This document shows, piece by piece, positions 26,580 to 36,748 of a stretch of 53,667 nucleotides of DNA. A program made the position numbers and the translations under genes. Each line of letters opens with the position of its first letter. Positions within the stretch are counted from its first letter, which is position 1. The notes below the pieces were generated by a model that worked only from the letters and a program-made list of their open reading frames with translations, did no database searches and had not been told where the DNA came from. The DNA comes from Ignavibacteria bacterium GWC2_36_12 (lineage in GTDB: Bacteria > Bacteroidota > Ignavibacteria > Ignavibacteriales > Ignavibacteriaceae), in contig MGZZ01000089.1 of NCBI GenBank assembly GCA_001802795.1, positions 1-53,667 of the forward strand, read 5' to 3'.

Positions 26580-26693
26580 AGTAACAAAATTTTAGGAGTA
26601 AATTTAAGTGATAATAATTCCTTATCAAGGAAATAATTAAGGGATAGAGACTTTCTAATTTCAGTGAAACACTTCCGCAGTATGTCAGGAAGG

Positions 26694-27947
26694 TTAACTG
26701 TTCATATTGTTGAGAAAATCTTTATTATTCTTAGTCCCTCTCATTTTATCAAGCAGGAATTCCATTGCTTCAACCGGGCTGAAATCACTAATAATCTTTC
26801 TCAGGATCCATATCTTGGCAAGTTCGTCTTCTTTCATTAGTAATTCTTCACGGCGTGTACCTGATCTATTAACATCAATCGCGGGGAAAATCCTCCTGTC
26901 ACTCAAATCGCGGTTGAGAACTATTTCCATATTACCTGTACCTTTGAACTCTTCAAATATAACATCATCCATTCTGCTGCCGGTATCGATAAGAGCAGTG
27001 GCAAGTATTGTTAAGCTTCCACCGTCTTCTGTATTTCGCGCTGCTCCAAAGAATCTTTTTGGTTTATGAAGAGCATTGGAGTCCACACCACCTGAAAGAA
27101 TTCTTCCGCTATGAGGAACAACAATATTATGAGCACGAGCTAATCTTGTTATACTGTCGAGCAGAATCACGACATTCTCTTTTGCTTCTACCATTCTTTT
27201 TGCTTTTTCAATCACCATGTCTGCAACCTGTACATGCCTTTCTGCTGGCTCATCGAATGTCGAACTGATGACTTCGCCTTTTACCGACCTCTCCATATCA
27301 GTAACTTCTTCAGGACGTTCATCAATCAGCAGAATAATAAGCTTTACTTCAGGGCTGTTTCTTGTGATAGAGTTAGCGATTTTTTGAAGCAGAACTGTTT
27401 TGCCGCTTTTCGGTGGAGATACAATCAAGCCTCTCTGACCTCTTCCAACAGGTGTCAGCATATCCATGATTCTTACTGAATATTCACCGGGAGCCGATTC
27501 AAGTACAAATCTTTTAGTAGGATAAACAGGAGTAAGGTTATCGAAAAGTGTTCTTTCTCTTATTGCATCAGGATCGAGACCGTTAACAGCCTCGACTCTG
27601 AGCAGGGCAAAAAATCTTTCTCCCTCTTTTGGAGGTCTTACCTGCCCGCTGACAAAATCACCGGTTCTCAGAAGAAATTTTTTGATCTGTGATGGCGATA
27701 CATAAATATCATCGGGTGAAGGGAGATAGTTATAATCTGCGGATCTCAGGAATCCATAACCGTCTGGCAAAACTTCTAAAACACCCTTGGAAAAGGTCAG
27801 ACCGTCTTTTGCGGTTTGAGCCTCAAGGATTTTAAAGATTAGCTCTTGCTTCCTGAGGTCGGTATAGCCATTTATACTTAGTTCTTTGGCTATGGCATTT
27901 AGCTCTACAATTTTCTTAGACTTAAGTTCCGAAATGTCCATTGGCAT
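26694..27947 (-). CDS. rho: transcription termination factor Rho
   Basis: 417 aa. Rho_N ([11 protein letters not shown]), the CSD-like RNA-binding domain ([14 protein letters not shown]), Walker A PPKSGKT, and the ATPase core. Confidence 0.95.
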   Translation of the reverse strand: MPMDISELKSKKIVELNAIAKELSINGYTDLRKQELIFKILEAQTAKDGLTFSKGVLEVLPDGYGFLRSADYNYLPSPDDIYVSPSQIKKFLLRTGDFVSGQVRPPKEGERFFALLRVEAVNGLDPDAIRERTLFDNLTPVYPTKRFVLESAPGEYSVRIMDMLTPVGRGQRGLIVSPPKSGKTVLLQKIANSITRNSPEVKLIILLIDERPEEVTDMERSVKGEVISSTFDEPAERHVQVADMVIEKAKRMVEAKENVVILLDSITRLARAHNIVVPHSGRILSGGVDSNALHKPKRFFGAARNTEDGGSLTILATALIDTGSRMDDVIFEEFKGTGNMEIVLNRDLSDRRIFPAIDVNRSGTRREELLMKEDELAKIWILRKIISDFSPVEAMEFLLDKMRGTKNNKDFLNNMNS

Positions 27948-28135
27948 AAAATTATCCTACTTACTTTTTTATAAATGATTTTTTAAATGAAAACACAATA
28001 TATTCAAGGTTCTTACCGGATATGCTATAGAGGTTACTTACTTACTTCGTCAACTGTTTTATTTTATTTATCGTATGATAGGGTCACGAGGTTTAACCTA
28101 AACTTACATCGAAAAAGAAAAAATGTCAAGCAAAT

Positions 28136-29404
28136 TTATTTTTCCAATAAAGATTTAATTTCGCCCAATAAATACATGCTGCCAAGCACCACAAGGCAAT
28201 CATTCTCCTTTGCTTTTGATCTAAAGTTCTCGATATATGAAACCGGGCTGTTTAGCGGTTTTACCTCTACTTCAGCTTTTTCGGCAATTTGTACTAAATC
28301 TTCAACCTTATAAGACCTCTCTATGTTAATTTCCGAAATAAAAATTTTATCAAAAACATCCTTCAATTTTTTTAACATCTCCAGGGCATTCTTATCTTTC
28401 ATGGCTCCGAATATCAAAATACGCTCATTATAGCTATTATAATCTTTACTGAATTCCGAAATAAAATTGCAAACTCCCTCCGGATTATGAGCAGAATCAA
28501 AAATTATGTCCGGTTTCTTATTGTAAAATTCATACCTGCCCTGGAAACCCGTATTTACTATAACATTTTTTATACCGGCTTCTATCTTACGGGTGTCTTC
28601 AATATTCAGGACTTTTGATACAGCAAGTGACGCAAGTACCGCATTATATTTTTGATAACTCCCGCGCAAAGGCATAGTCCAATCGTCCAGCTCTATTTCT
28701 TCAGTATAAAGTTCTAAAGAGCCGGGCTTCTCATTTGCATAGTCAGCAATTTTATACAACTGGCTGCCTGTCTCTTTACATTTTTCTTCAATAACAATTT
28801 GTGCCTCTTCGGAAAGATTTCCGATAAATACTTTATTATGATTTTTAATAATAGCAGCTTTCTCACGCGCAATTTCCTTTATTGTTTTACCCAGGATATT
28901 TTCATGCTCAAGGCTGATAGAAGTTATTATAACACCTAATGCATTAAAAACATTTGTTGCATCTAACCTGCCGCCAAGACCTGTTTCTATTACAGCAAAA
29001 TCTACTTTATTATCATAAAAATAATTGAAAGCAAGAGCCGTTGTAACTTCAAAAAAAGTCAGTTTATGTTCATAAATATATTTTTCGTACTTAGTAATAA
29101 ACTCTGCAACCACTTCATCCTGAATTTGAGAATCATTTATCATTATCCTCTCATTAAATTTAACAAAGTGAGGAGAAGTATATAAGCCTACTTTATAATT
29201 ACACTCCTGTAAAATACTGGCAATAAATGCGGCAGTACTTCCCTTCCCATTTGATCCTGCTATGTGAAAAGCCTTTAGATGTTTCTCAGGGTTACCTATG
29301 TAATCGAGGAAAGCTTTTATGTTATCCAGACCGAGCTTAATGCCAAAGGTATGTAGAGAAAATAATTTCTGTAAAGATGATTCTAAATTCATTACTTCAG
29401 ACAA
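28136..29404 (-). CDS. folC: bifunctional folylpolyglutamate synthase / dihydrofolate synthase
   Basis: 422 aa. Motifs HIAGSNGKGST, TSPHFVKFNERI, ETGLGGRLDATN, and a Mur-ligase C-terminal domain. Confidence 0.9.
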   Translation of the reverse strand: MSEVMNLESSLQKLFSLHTFGIKLGLDNIKAFLDYIGNPEKHLKAFHIAGSNGKGSTAAFIASILQECNYKVGLYTSPHFVKFNERIMINDSQIQDEVVAEFITKYEKYIYEHKLTFFEVTTALAFNYFYDNKVDFAVIETGLGGRLDATNVFNALGVIITSISLEHENILGKTIKEIAREKAAIIKNHNKVFIGNLSEEAQIVIEEKCKETGSQLYKIADYANEKPGSLELYTEEIELDDWTMPLRGSYQKYNAVLASLAVSKVLNIEDTRKIEAGIKNVIVNTGFQGRYEFYNKKPDIIFDSAHNPEGVCNFISEFSKDYNSYNERILIFGAMKDKNALEMLKKLKDVFDKIFISEINIERSYKVEDLVQIAEKAEVEVKPLNSPVSYIENFRSKAKENDCLVVLGSMYLLGEIKSLLEK

Positions 29405-30314
29405 TGTACGAACCTGTTAATTCTGATATTTTTTCAACTCCATATTTGATACAATAATCTTCAATGCCCTTGATAATTTTTCCCGCTGCTGCTGGATCAA
29501 TAAAATTTACTGTCCCCAGCTGTATTGCTGTTGAGCCAGCTATCATAAATTCAATTACATCTTTCCAGTCCATTATTCCACCGATACCAATAACCGGAAT
29601 ATCAACCGAGCGTTTTATTTCTAAAACCTTTGCCAAAGCTATCGGTTTTATTGCAGGACCGGATAATCCCCCATTAACATTGAACAGTTTTGGTTTTTTT
29701 GTAAATATATTGAACGAAGTTCCCACGAGAGTATTTATAGCCGAAACAGCATCGCCACCTTCATCTTTTACAACTTTTGCAAATTCAGATATATAAGAAA
29801 CATTAGGCGATAACTTAATAATTACCGGTTTATCTGTAACAGATTTTACACCTGCTGTAATTTTTCCAACGGCTTTAACATCATTACCGAATTGAAGTCC
29901 TCCTTCCCTTACATTCGGACAAGATACATTTATTTCAAACGCCTTTATTGTATCTTCTTTTGTAAGAATTCCCGTGCATTCGACATATTCTTCATAAGTG
30001 CTCGCAGCAATGTTACATATTAAAGGAACATCAAATTTTTTAAGGAAAGGAATTTTTTCTTTTATAAATTCTTCAACACCGATATTTTGCAAGCCAATTG
30101 CATTCAACATACCTGATGGAGTTTCAACAATTCGCTGTGGCTGGTTGCCTTTCCTCGGTTTAAGACTAAGAGATTTTGTAACAATGCCGCCAATAGAATT
30201 CAGATCAATGAACTCAGACATTTCATTTCCGTAACCAACTGTACCTGAGGCTAATAAAACCGGATTTCGGAATTTAAGAGATCCGATTTGAACGGAGAGA
30301 TCAGGCTTTTTCAT
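29397..30314 (-). CDS. pyrD: dihydroorotate dehydrogenase, class 1B catalytic subunit
   Basis: 305 aa. Motifs ASGTVGYG, NAIGLQN, EINVSCPN, GGLSGPAIKPIAL, GIGGI. Confidence 0.9.
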   Translation of the reverse strand: MKKPDLSVQIGSLKFRNPVLLASGTVGYGNEMSEFIDLNSIGGIVTKSLSLKPRKGNQPQRIVETPSGMLNAIGLQNIGVEEFIKEKIPFLKKFDVPLICNIAASTYEEYVECTGILTKEDTIKAFEINVSCPNVREGGLQFGNDVKAVGKITAGVKSVTDKPVIIKLSPNVSYISEFAKVVKDEGGDAVSAINTLVGTSFNIFTKKPKLFNVNGGLSGPAIKPIALAKVLEIKRSVDIPVIGIGGIMDWKDVIEFMIAGSTAIQLGTVNFIDPAAAGKIIKGIEDYCIKYGVEKISELTGSYIV

Positions 30315-31072
30315 ATTATAATATCCCTGATATTAAAAACAGGACCATCCTTGCATACAAGAAGATATTTATCCTGATTGTTTGAGGATTCAATCGGGCA
30401 TCCCTGGCAAATTCCGAAACCGCAAGCCATCACACACTCGGTCGAAGCTTCACATTCGAGATTATGCTGAAGACAAAATTCTTTCAATGTACTTAACATA
30501 GCGTTTGGACCACAGGCAAAGATTTTCACTTTTTTAGAGTTAAAGATATCCACATTCTGAGCAAGAAGTTCCACTACATTACCCTTAAACCCCAAAGACC
30601 CATCATCTGTGGAAACCTTAATATTCTTCATTCCATAGGTTATAACGTCGGAAAATGTTCTGCCCCCGATGAATGAATGTATATTTTTTTTATTATTTAT
30701 TATACGCTTTAGATAGGGAAAAGGAGCAACACCTAAACCTCCGGCTACAATAACTGCAATATCATAATTGCCATCAGTATTAAAACCTCTTCCGAGTGGA
30801 CCGAGAATGTCAATTGAATCTCCCTTGTGTTTGCCTGCAAGAGCTTTAGTGCCTTCTCCTAAAATATTAAACATTAAAAAGATATAATCGCCTTCAACGT
30901 CGCAAACGCTAAACGGTCTTCTTAAGAGCGGAAAAGGGATTTGAGAAACTCTTATGTTTAAAAACTCACCGGGTTTTATTATTGAAGCAATACCGGGAGA
31001 GAATATCTTTAACAAAAAAATATCATTATCTAATTTTATTATTTCTTCAACAGGCGCGTTGGTTAAGAACAA
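30311..31072 (-). CDS. pyrK: dihydroorotate dehydrogenase electron-transfer subunit
   Basis: 253 aa. FAD/NAD-binding fold (RRPFSV, GGLGVAPF) and a C-terminal 2Fe-2S cysteine cluster (CVMACGFGICQGC). Has a 4-nt overlap with pyrD. Confidence 0.85.
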   Translation of the reverse strand: MFLTNAPVEEIIKLDNDIFLLKIFSPGIASIIKPGEFLNIRVSQIPFPLLRRPFSVCDVEGDYIFLMFNILGEGTKALAGKHKGDSIDILGPLGRGFNTDGNYDIAVIVAGGLGVAPFPYLKRIINNKKNIHSFIGGRTFSDVITYGMKNIKVSTDDGSLGFKGNVVELLAQNVDIFNSKKVKIFACGPNAMLSTLKEFCLQHNLECEASTECVMACGFGICQGCPIESSNNQDKYLLVCKDGPVFNIRDIII

Positions 31073-31253
31073 ATTTTACCTTTCATTTCAGGTAACTGAA
31101 ACCTTTTATTCTTGCAGAATTACAAATGAGTTTTAAGGCAAGTAATAATCTGTAAAACAAAATACTAATTTTTTCTAACGGTATATGTAAATTTAATTAT
31201 TCTTTTGATTATTTACGAATTTTAGTTTTCCACCAATCAATAAACATTCGATT

Positions 31254-32765
31254 TTATTTCCTTTTAAAGTTAGCAAGTCTTAGACAAACCAAATCCTGAA
31301 TATTTTCTGCTAATTTAATTGGCACATTAAAATTATTAATAATTATAGTAAATGCGACAGGTTCATTATCGCCTGTAAAAGCATACCCGGAAAGACTTCT
31401 TACATATTCCAGGAAACCGGTTTTTGCCCTGACTTTATTCTGCGCAAGAGTATTTTTCATCCTTGTACCTAATGTCCCGTCAACCCCTGCAATAGGCAAT
31501 GAATTATAAAATGGAATAAAGTATTTGTTCATAAACATATAATTTAACAATGCAACAATACTTCTCGGCGTTACCAGGTTTAGCTGCGAAAGACCGCTGC
31601 CATCTGTCATTACAAAGCTTTCAGGATTAATTCCCACATCACTTAATACTTTTTGAATTGCTTTTACACCGTTTTCAGCTGTCCCATGCCCTTCTTTTTC
31701 CAGCCCAATAACTTTTAAAAGCTGTTCGGCAAAAAAATTAAGGCTGTTCTTATTAATGACCTTTATTATGTCTTTTAACGGCAGTGAATAATAAGCAAAT
31801 AGAAATTCTATGTTAGAATAATCAATAGGCTTTTCAAGATCATCAATATCGACTGCATAACCATTGATTTTTATACCTTTCTTTTCCAGAACTTCCTTCA
31901 ATACCACAACCGAATATTGAGTGGGATTATTTATTGTAGCAAATGTTTTTACTGAATCCGTGCCTCTTTTAATAGTCCCAAAAACATTTATAACATTTGT
32001 ACCTCTTTCCCTGTATACATCAATCGAAGTGATTGAATCTCTTGATACAACACGAACATCTTTAATAAGAACTATATACTTCGTATCCGGAGTTATGTTT
32101 ACCTTTGGTTTTCCACTTTTTTCATCAACAGTAACAACCAGGTCCACACAATTATCGTTAAATGATAATGCTCCTGATGGAGAACTATACCAATAAGATT
32201 CATTATCCCAGACCCATCCGTTTCCAAGACCAACGTCGTCAAAAAGATTATCGTCTCCTACAATATTTCCATCAATTTCATCTATGCCTAATTTTAATAA
32301 ACTATCTGCCCAGTCGTTGTATACTTTATACATATCACTGTTAAAGAATCTGCCTGAAATTGTCGGATCGCCACCTCCCTGAACAATAAGGTTTCCCTTG
32401 AGAACCGAACCATCAATTTGCCCGTTTGCATAAATCAATGTTGAGAATTTATATTCATTACCAAGCAGTAATAATCCCGCAGAAGTGGTAAACAATTTCA
32501 TGTTTGAAGCAGGACGAAAAAGTTTATCCTCGTTTCTCTTATAAAAATACTCGCCTGTTTCAAGGGACTGTATTACAACGCCCCAGTATGCGTTATTGAA
32601 ATTAGGATCATTAAAAATATCATCTAGCTGTGACCAGAATTCGTGGATATTCGAATAAGAAAACTCCGGTAAGGAATCAATTTTTTTATTGAGAGAATCC
32701 TGAGGATAACAAACAGTCGTTAGCAAAAAGAATGCAAGCAGGATTTTGTGAATGTTATTTAGCAT
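31254..32765 (-). CDS. dacB: D-alanyl-D-alanine carboxypeptidase/endopeptidase (PBP4, peptidase S13)
   Basis: Active-site SxxK is present (PASNMKLFT), plus GGGDPT, DGSGLS and KTGFLEYVRSLSGY. I place the start at the internal MLNNIHKILLAFFLL (signal peptide) at 32765. The longer track ORF to 32846 would overlap rluB by 92 nt. Confidence 0.85.
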   Translation of the reverse strand: MLNNIHKILLAFFLLTTVCYPQDSLNKKIDSLPEFSYSNIHEFWSQLDDIFNDPNFNNAYWGVVIQSLETGEYFYKRNEDKLFRPASNMKLFTTSAGLLLLGNEYKFSTLIYANGQIDGSVLKGNLIVQGGGDPTISGRFFNSDMYKVYNDWADSLLKLGIDEIDGNIVGDDNLFDDVGLGNGWVWDNESYWYSSPSGALSFNDNCVDLVVTVDEKSGKPKVNITPDTKYIVLIKDVRVVSRDSITSIDVYRERGTNVINVFGTIKRGTDSVKTFATINNPTQYSVVVLKEVLEKKGIKINGYAVDIDDLEKPIDYSNIEFLFAYYSLPLKDIIKVINKNSLNFFAEQLLKVIGLEKEGHGTAENGVKAIQKVLSDVGINPESFVMTDGSGLSQLNLVTPRSIVALLNYMFMNKYFIPFYNSLPIAGVDGTLGTRMKNTLAQNKVRAKTGFLEYVRSLSGYAFTGDNEPVAFTIIINNFNVPIKLAENIQDLVCLRLANFKRK

Positions 32766-33462
32766 AATTTTTAAAAACTCCCTCGATTTCAGTTTTAGAT
32801 AATTTACGATAAGAGCTAAGGGGAACATCGGCAGTAAACCCGGCAAAACTTTTTCTGTTTAGTCCCGTCACATAATATCCTAAAGCTCCAAACATCTTTT
32901 TAACAAAATGATTTCTGCCTTCAAAAGTAGTAATCCTGGCAACTTTTTTGTTTGGGCTCAAAAGAGATATTTTAACAAAAACTCCCTTCCTACGTTCAAT
33001 AAAAATTCCTTTTAACAACTTTTCAATATCTTCGTTGGAAAGAGGTTTATCAAGCTTAACTTCATATTCTTTAGGTACTTTATTACGGGGATGAGTAAGA
33101 AGATTAGAAAACTCACCGTCATTCGTTAGAAGCAATACACCGGTTGTATTATAATCAAGCCTGCCTACCGGGAAAATTTTTTCATTCACTTTAATCAGGT
33201 CTACCACTGTTCTCCGTTTCTTCTCATCATCTGTAGATGTTATAACACCAGCCGGCTTATTAAGAAGAAAATAAATATGTTTTCTCGGCGTTATCTTTTC
33301 CCCATCGAGCATTACTGAATCCTGCTCACTATTTACCTTGTAAGCAAGTTCTTTAACGACTTTGTTGTTTACAGTTACTCTCCCCTGTAAAATATATTCT
33401 TCGGATTTTCTTCTGGATGTAATTCCGCTGTCGGCAATGTACTTGTTAAGTCTGGTCAGCAT
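32755..33462 (-). CDS. rluB: rRNA pseudouridine synthase (RluB/RsuA family)
   Basis: S4 domain (RLNKYIADSGITSRRKSEEYI) and catalytic motif GRLDYNTTGVLLLTNDG. The start is uncertain: candidate ATGs lie at 33462, 33483 and 33507. Confidence 0.8.
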   Translation of the reverse strand: MLTRLNKYIADSGITSRRKSEEYILQGRVTVNNKVVKELAYKVNSEQDSVMLDGEKITPRKHIYFLLNKPAGVITSTDDEKKRRTVVDLIKVNEKIFPVGRLDYNTTGVLLLTNDGEFSNLLTHPRNKVPKEYEVKLDKPLSNEDIEKLLKGIFIERRKGVFVKISLLSPNKKVARITTFEGRNHFVKKMFGALGYYVTGLNRKSFAGFTADVPLSSYRKLSKTEIEGVFKNYAK

Positions 33463-34099
33463 TTCCTTCTTCACTAATTTCATTTTCCATAGAATCTTCC
33501 AAAGCATTCATCATTATCTTCCTCTTTTGCTCGATAAAATCCTCGTCGTTCATTATTTCTTCAATTTCACGCGGCTTGGGTAAATCACTTAATTTATTCA
33601 AACCAAAATATTTCAAAAATTCCGGTGTTGATGAATAAAGCAAAGGTCTGCCGACACTTTCTGCTCTACCGGATATATTAATTAGATTTTTCTCAAGAAG
33701 AGTGTTCAGTATATAATCCGAATTTACACCCCTGATCGCTTCGATTTCGGGCTTAGTAATTGGTTGCTTATATGCTATTATTGAAAGAGTTTCGAGTGCT
33801 GCCTGGCTTAATCTACGTTTAGATTTTTCTGAGGACAGGTAACCGACATATTTTGAATACTCCTTTGTTGTAGCAAACAGATAGCCGTTGGCAATTCTAA
33901 GTATGCGAAATGATAAACTTTGCAGCTCATATTTATTATTAAGCTCATCAACACAACTTTCTATTTCCTCGGAAGATATTTGCGTATCATCCCCGTCAAT
34001 TCCTTTTACAGCTTTTATAATTTCAGCAGCAGACAATACATCATCCGAGGAAAATATTAAAGCTTCTATCACCGATTGATATATATTATCCAATTTCAT
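33446..34099 (-). CDS. scpB: segregation and condensation protein B
   Basis: 217 aa. Motifs EALIFSSDDVLS, LSQAALETLSIIAYKQPITKPEIEAIRGV, GRAESVGRPLLY. Confidence 0.9.
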   Translation of the reverse strand: MKLDNIYQSVIEALIFSSDDVLSAAEIIKAVKGIDGDDTQISSEEIESCVDELNNKYELQSLSFRILRIANGYLFATTKEYSKYVGYLSSEKSKRRLSQAALETLSIIAYKQPITKPEIEAIRGVNSDYILNTLLEKNLINISGRAESVGRPLLYSSTPEFLKYFGLNKLSDLPKPREIEEIMNDEDFIEQKRKIMMNALEDSMENEISEEGNADQT

Positions 34100-34808
34100 C
34101 TCCCTTTAAGATTAAAAAATCGTTAAAGTCAGGAGATTCCTTTATTTTTATTCTATTCATCTTTACAAGTTCAAGTATTGCAATAAATGTAACGATTATT
34201 CTTATCTTTTCCTTCATATCGCTAACGAGTTTCAAAAAATTAATTCCCCGGGCTTCACCAATTTTATTGAGAATAAATAAAATCTGTTCGTCGATAGTTA
34301 CATTAATTTTACTGATTTCGTGTACCGGTTCCTCTTTGATGCTATTGAGAATATTTTTAAAAGCTTTTGCAAGATCATAAACAGTAACATTCTTAAGAAG
34401 TATATCGAACTCAGGAACAGATACTTTTTCATCGGCTGAAAAATTTCCCCTGTAGCTTACTTTTCTCTGGTCCGATTCAAAATATGCCAGTTCTTCCGAA
34501 ACTTCTTTATACCTTTTATATTCCAGCAAAGCTTTAACGAGCTCTGCACGCGGGTCGATTTCTTCTCCCTTTTCATCCAGCTCGCGCGGCAACAGCATTC
34601 TTACCTTAATATGCATTAAGGTAGAAGCCATAAGGATGAAATCCCCCGCTACTTCAAGATCGAGCATCTTAATTAAATTAACATACTCCAGAAATTCTTT
34701 TGTTATCCTGGATATTGGTATATCATAGATGTTTAATTCGTCCCTCTTAATGAAAAAAAGCAGAAGGTCTAATGGTCCCTCGAACTGGTCTAATTTTATT
34801 TTGTACAA
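34086..34808 (-). CDS. scpA: segregation and condensation protein A
   Basis: 240 aa. Begins FEGPLDLLLFFIKRDELNIYDIPI, with a C-terminal winged helix (IIVTFIAILELVK). Has a 14-nt overlap with scpB. Confidence 0.9.
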   Translation of the reverse strand: MYKIKLDQFEGPLDLLLFFIKRDELNIYDIPISRITKEFLEYVNLIKMLDLEVAGDFILMASTLMHIKVRMLLPRELDEKGEEIDPRAELVKALLEYKRYKEVSEELAYFESDQRKVSYRGNFSADEKVSVPEFDILLKNVTVYDLAKAFKNILNSIKEEPVHEISKINVTIDEQILFILNKIGEARGINFLKLVSDMKEKIRIIVTFIAILELVKMNRIKIKESPDFNDFLILKGDEIG

Positions 34809-34810
34809 TT

Positions 34811-35791
34811 TTAACCCAGTTTCATTTTGGTTCTTACGTCGTTCATAGTCTCCCCGGCAGTAACTTTAGCTTTCTTTTCACCATCAGCAAGTATATCTTT
34901 TACAATATCAATATTCTTTTCAAAATAATTTCTTTTTTCTATTATAGGTTCAAGAAAAAGAGATATTTTTGCTGCGCAATTCATTTTGCAATCAACACAA
35001 CCTAAAGCACCCGACCTGCAGCCCGCATCTATTTCCGGTACTTCTTCCTTATTAAATTTTTTGTGATATGAAAAAACAAGACAAATATCAGGATTACCGG
35101 GGTCACCTTTTCGTATTTTTTTGGGATCCGTTACAGCCTTTTTCATTTTAGCTTTAACTGTTTCCGGATCATCAGAAAGAAGAATAGTGTTACCCAAAGA
35201 TTTACTCATCTTGGCGCTGCCGTCAAGTCCTTGCAATCTTGCAAACTGTGTAAGAAGCGGAACAGGCTCAGGGAAAACATCACCATACTGGCTGTTAAAC
35301 TTTCTCGCAATCTCTCTCGTGATTTCAACGTGAGGAACCTGGTCTTCACCAACAGGTACTGCATCACCTTTATAAAGCAATATATCGGAAGCCTGAAGAA
35401 CCGGGTAACCGAGATATCCAAATGAAATATTTTCAATATTCAATTCCCTCACCTGATCCTTCAAAGTAGGATTTCTTTCAAGCCTGCTGGTTGTAATAAG
35501 CATCCCAAAAATTAAAGCTAATTCAGTATGCTCTTTAATTTGCGACTGGCGAAACATAGGGCTTTTCTTCGGATCAAGACCTGTTGCAAGCCAGTCAATA
35601 AGCATATCAATTGAATTCTCATAAATATTTTCAATATTTAAGTCCGTAGTTAGAACATGGTAATCGGCAATAAGATGATAACTCTCATATTCATTCTGAA
35701 GCTTTACCCAGTTTTCCAGAGCCCCGACATAATGCCCGATATGCAGTTTCCCGGTCGGACGCATTCCGCTAAGTATTCTTTTTTTCCGCAT
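34811..35791 (-). CDS. trpS: tryptophan--tRNA ligase
   Basis: HIGH motif (GKLHIGHYVG) and KMSKS motif (AKMSKSLG). Start taken at MRKKRILSGMRPTG, because the 14 extra codons in the track ORF look non-coding. Confidence 0.95.
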   Translation of the reverse strand: MRKKRILSGMRPTGKLHIGHYVGALENWVKLQNEYESYHLIADYHVLTTDLNIENIYENSIDMLIDWLATGLDPKKSPMFRQSQIKEHTELALIFGMLITTSRLERNPTLKDQVRELNIENISFGYLGYPVLQASDILLYKGDAVPVGEDQVPHVEITREIARKFNSQYGDVFPEPVPLLTQFARLQGLDGSAKMSKSLGNTILLSDDPETVKAKMKKAVTDPKKIRKGDPGNPDICLVFSYHKKFNKEEVPEIDAGCRSGALGCVDCKMNCAAKISLFLEPIIEKRNYFEKNIDIVKDILADGEKKAKVTAGETMNDVRTKMKLG

Positions 35792-35878
35792 AGTGTAAAA
35801 AAATATAATAAACAGGTTTGTTAAAAATAACAATATTGATTTTAATTACCTCACACACGAAAAGAAAAAAAGAGAGTA

Positions 35879-36361
35879 TTATGATAAGTAAAGATATGGT
35901 TTCCAGTTTTCGTCGAGTTTACCTACGACATTCTTGATGAACATTATGTGGCTTGGTTTAAATGGTCTGTAGAGCATTTCCATCCTTGCTTGTACAGGAG
36001 TTCTGTCTCCCTTCTTATTGTTGCATAATGTACATGCACAAATAAGGTTTTCCCAGGAGTCAGTCCCTCCTTTTGCTTTCGGTAATATATGATCAATAGT
36101 TAAAGGAAGGTCACTTCTTCCGCAATAGGCACATTTATAATTGTCCCTTCTCAAAATATTTTTTCTGGTAAGAACGACTTTTTTATAAGGTACACTAACG
36201 AAAAAGCTTAAACGGATTATACTTGGCCATGGAAAGGCTTGATTAACAGTTCTTAACATCTTCCGTTTATCATCAAGAACTAATTCGGCTTTCCCCAGGT
36301 ACATTAAAACCATGGCTTTTTTAATATTACAAACAGTCAAGGGCTCATAACTCTGGTTCAA
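35879..36361 (-). CDS. HNH endonuclease (McrA-like, about 160-aa housekeeping-type family)
   Basis: Motifs CAYCGR...LTIDHILPKAKGG...NLICACTLCNNKKG and the N-terminal LNQSYEPL block. The apparent start is TTG at 36361. See the finding on the start anomaly. Confidence 0.8.
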   Translation of the reverse strand: MNQSYEPLTVCNIKKAMVLMYLGKAELVLDDKRKMLRTVNQAFPWPSIIRLSFFVSVPYKKVVLTRKNILRRDNYKCAYCGRSDLPLTIDHILPKAKGGTDSWENLICACTLCNNKKGDRTPVQARMEMLYRPFKPSHIMFIKNVVGKLDENWKPYLYLS

Positions 36362-36415
36362 AATTAAAACCTTGGCATTGAGCTTGCCGTTAATGCGTTT
36401 CGAGGGTTCGAAGAC

Positions 36416-36616
36416 CTACTCCTTTTTTTGATTACTATATTTGATTGCTATATATATTCTCAAAATAATTCTTACAATTAAAAGTAATATCCCAAAAGAA
36501 ACAAAATAAATAAACCACCCGGTTGGAACCGACCTGGTTAACATTAAAACAAGAAGAATAAAAACAATAATTAAAGAACTATAATTGAAGAAATCATAAT
36601 ACTTTTTGTACAACAA
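36416..36616 (-). CDS. small two-TM membrane protein (hypothetical)
   Basis: 66-aa ORF with two hydrophobic helices (SSLIIVFILLVLML, WFIYFVSFGILLLIV) and a basic tail. Whether it is coding is unproven. Confidence 0.4.
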   Translation of the reverse strand: MLYKKYYDFFNYSSLIIVFILLVLMLTRSVPTGWFIYFVSFGILLLIVRIILRIYIAIKYSNQKKE

Positions 36617-36748
36617 GAGATACCTTTTTATGTAACATGAAAAATATTAAACATTATGAAAAAGTATTGGCGTAAAAAATAACGAAATAGGAAGGAAATT
36701 TCCAATATAATTTTATACCGGATTTACTGAATTATGTGATTTTATTGA

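Noticed and set aside
27948-28135. The 188-nt leader upstream of rho as a possible autoregulatory attenuator or structured RNA.
   Set aside because: Rho autoregulation through its leader is established in other bacteria. I could not identify convincing conserved structure or C-rich rut-like tracts by eye in this AT-rich leader, so nothing specific can be reported.
32755-32846. A 92-nt overlap between the dacB-like and rluB track ORFs, which might suggest a frameshift or gene fusion.
   Set aside because: An internal ATG at 32765 starts a typical signal peptide (MLNNIHKILLAFFLL) and reduces the overlap to 11 nt. The upstream 27 codons have no protein-like character.
36416-36418. Possible TAG readthrough or recoding. 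Two TAG stops (36416-36418 and 39773-39775) are each followed in frame by meaningful-looking coding sequence.
   Set aside because: All conserved genes are intact under the standard code with no internal TAG. TAG also terminates an ordinary gene (the outer membrane barrel at 7181-7183). Each in-frame coincidence has a one-in-three prior. A deletion scar and a damaged start are simpler explanations.
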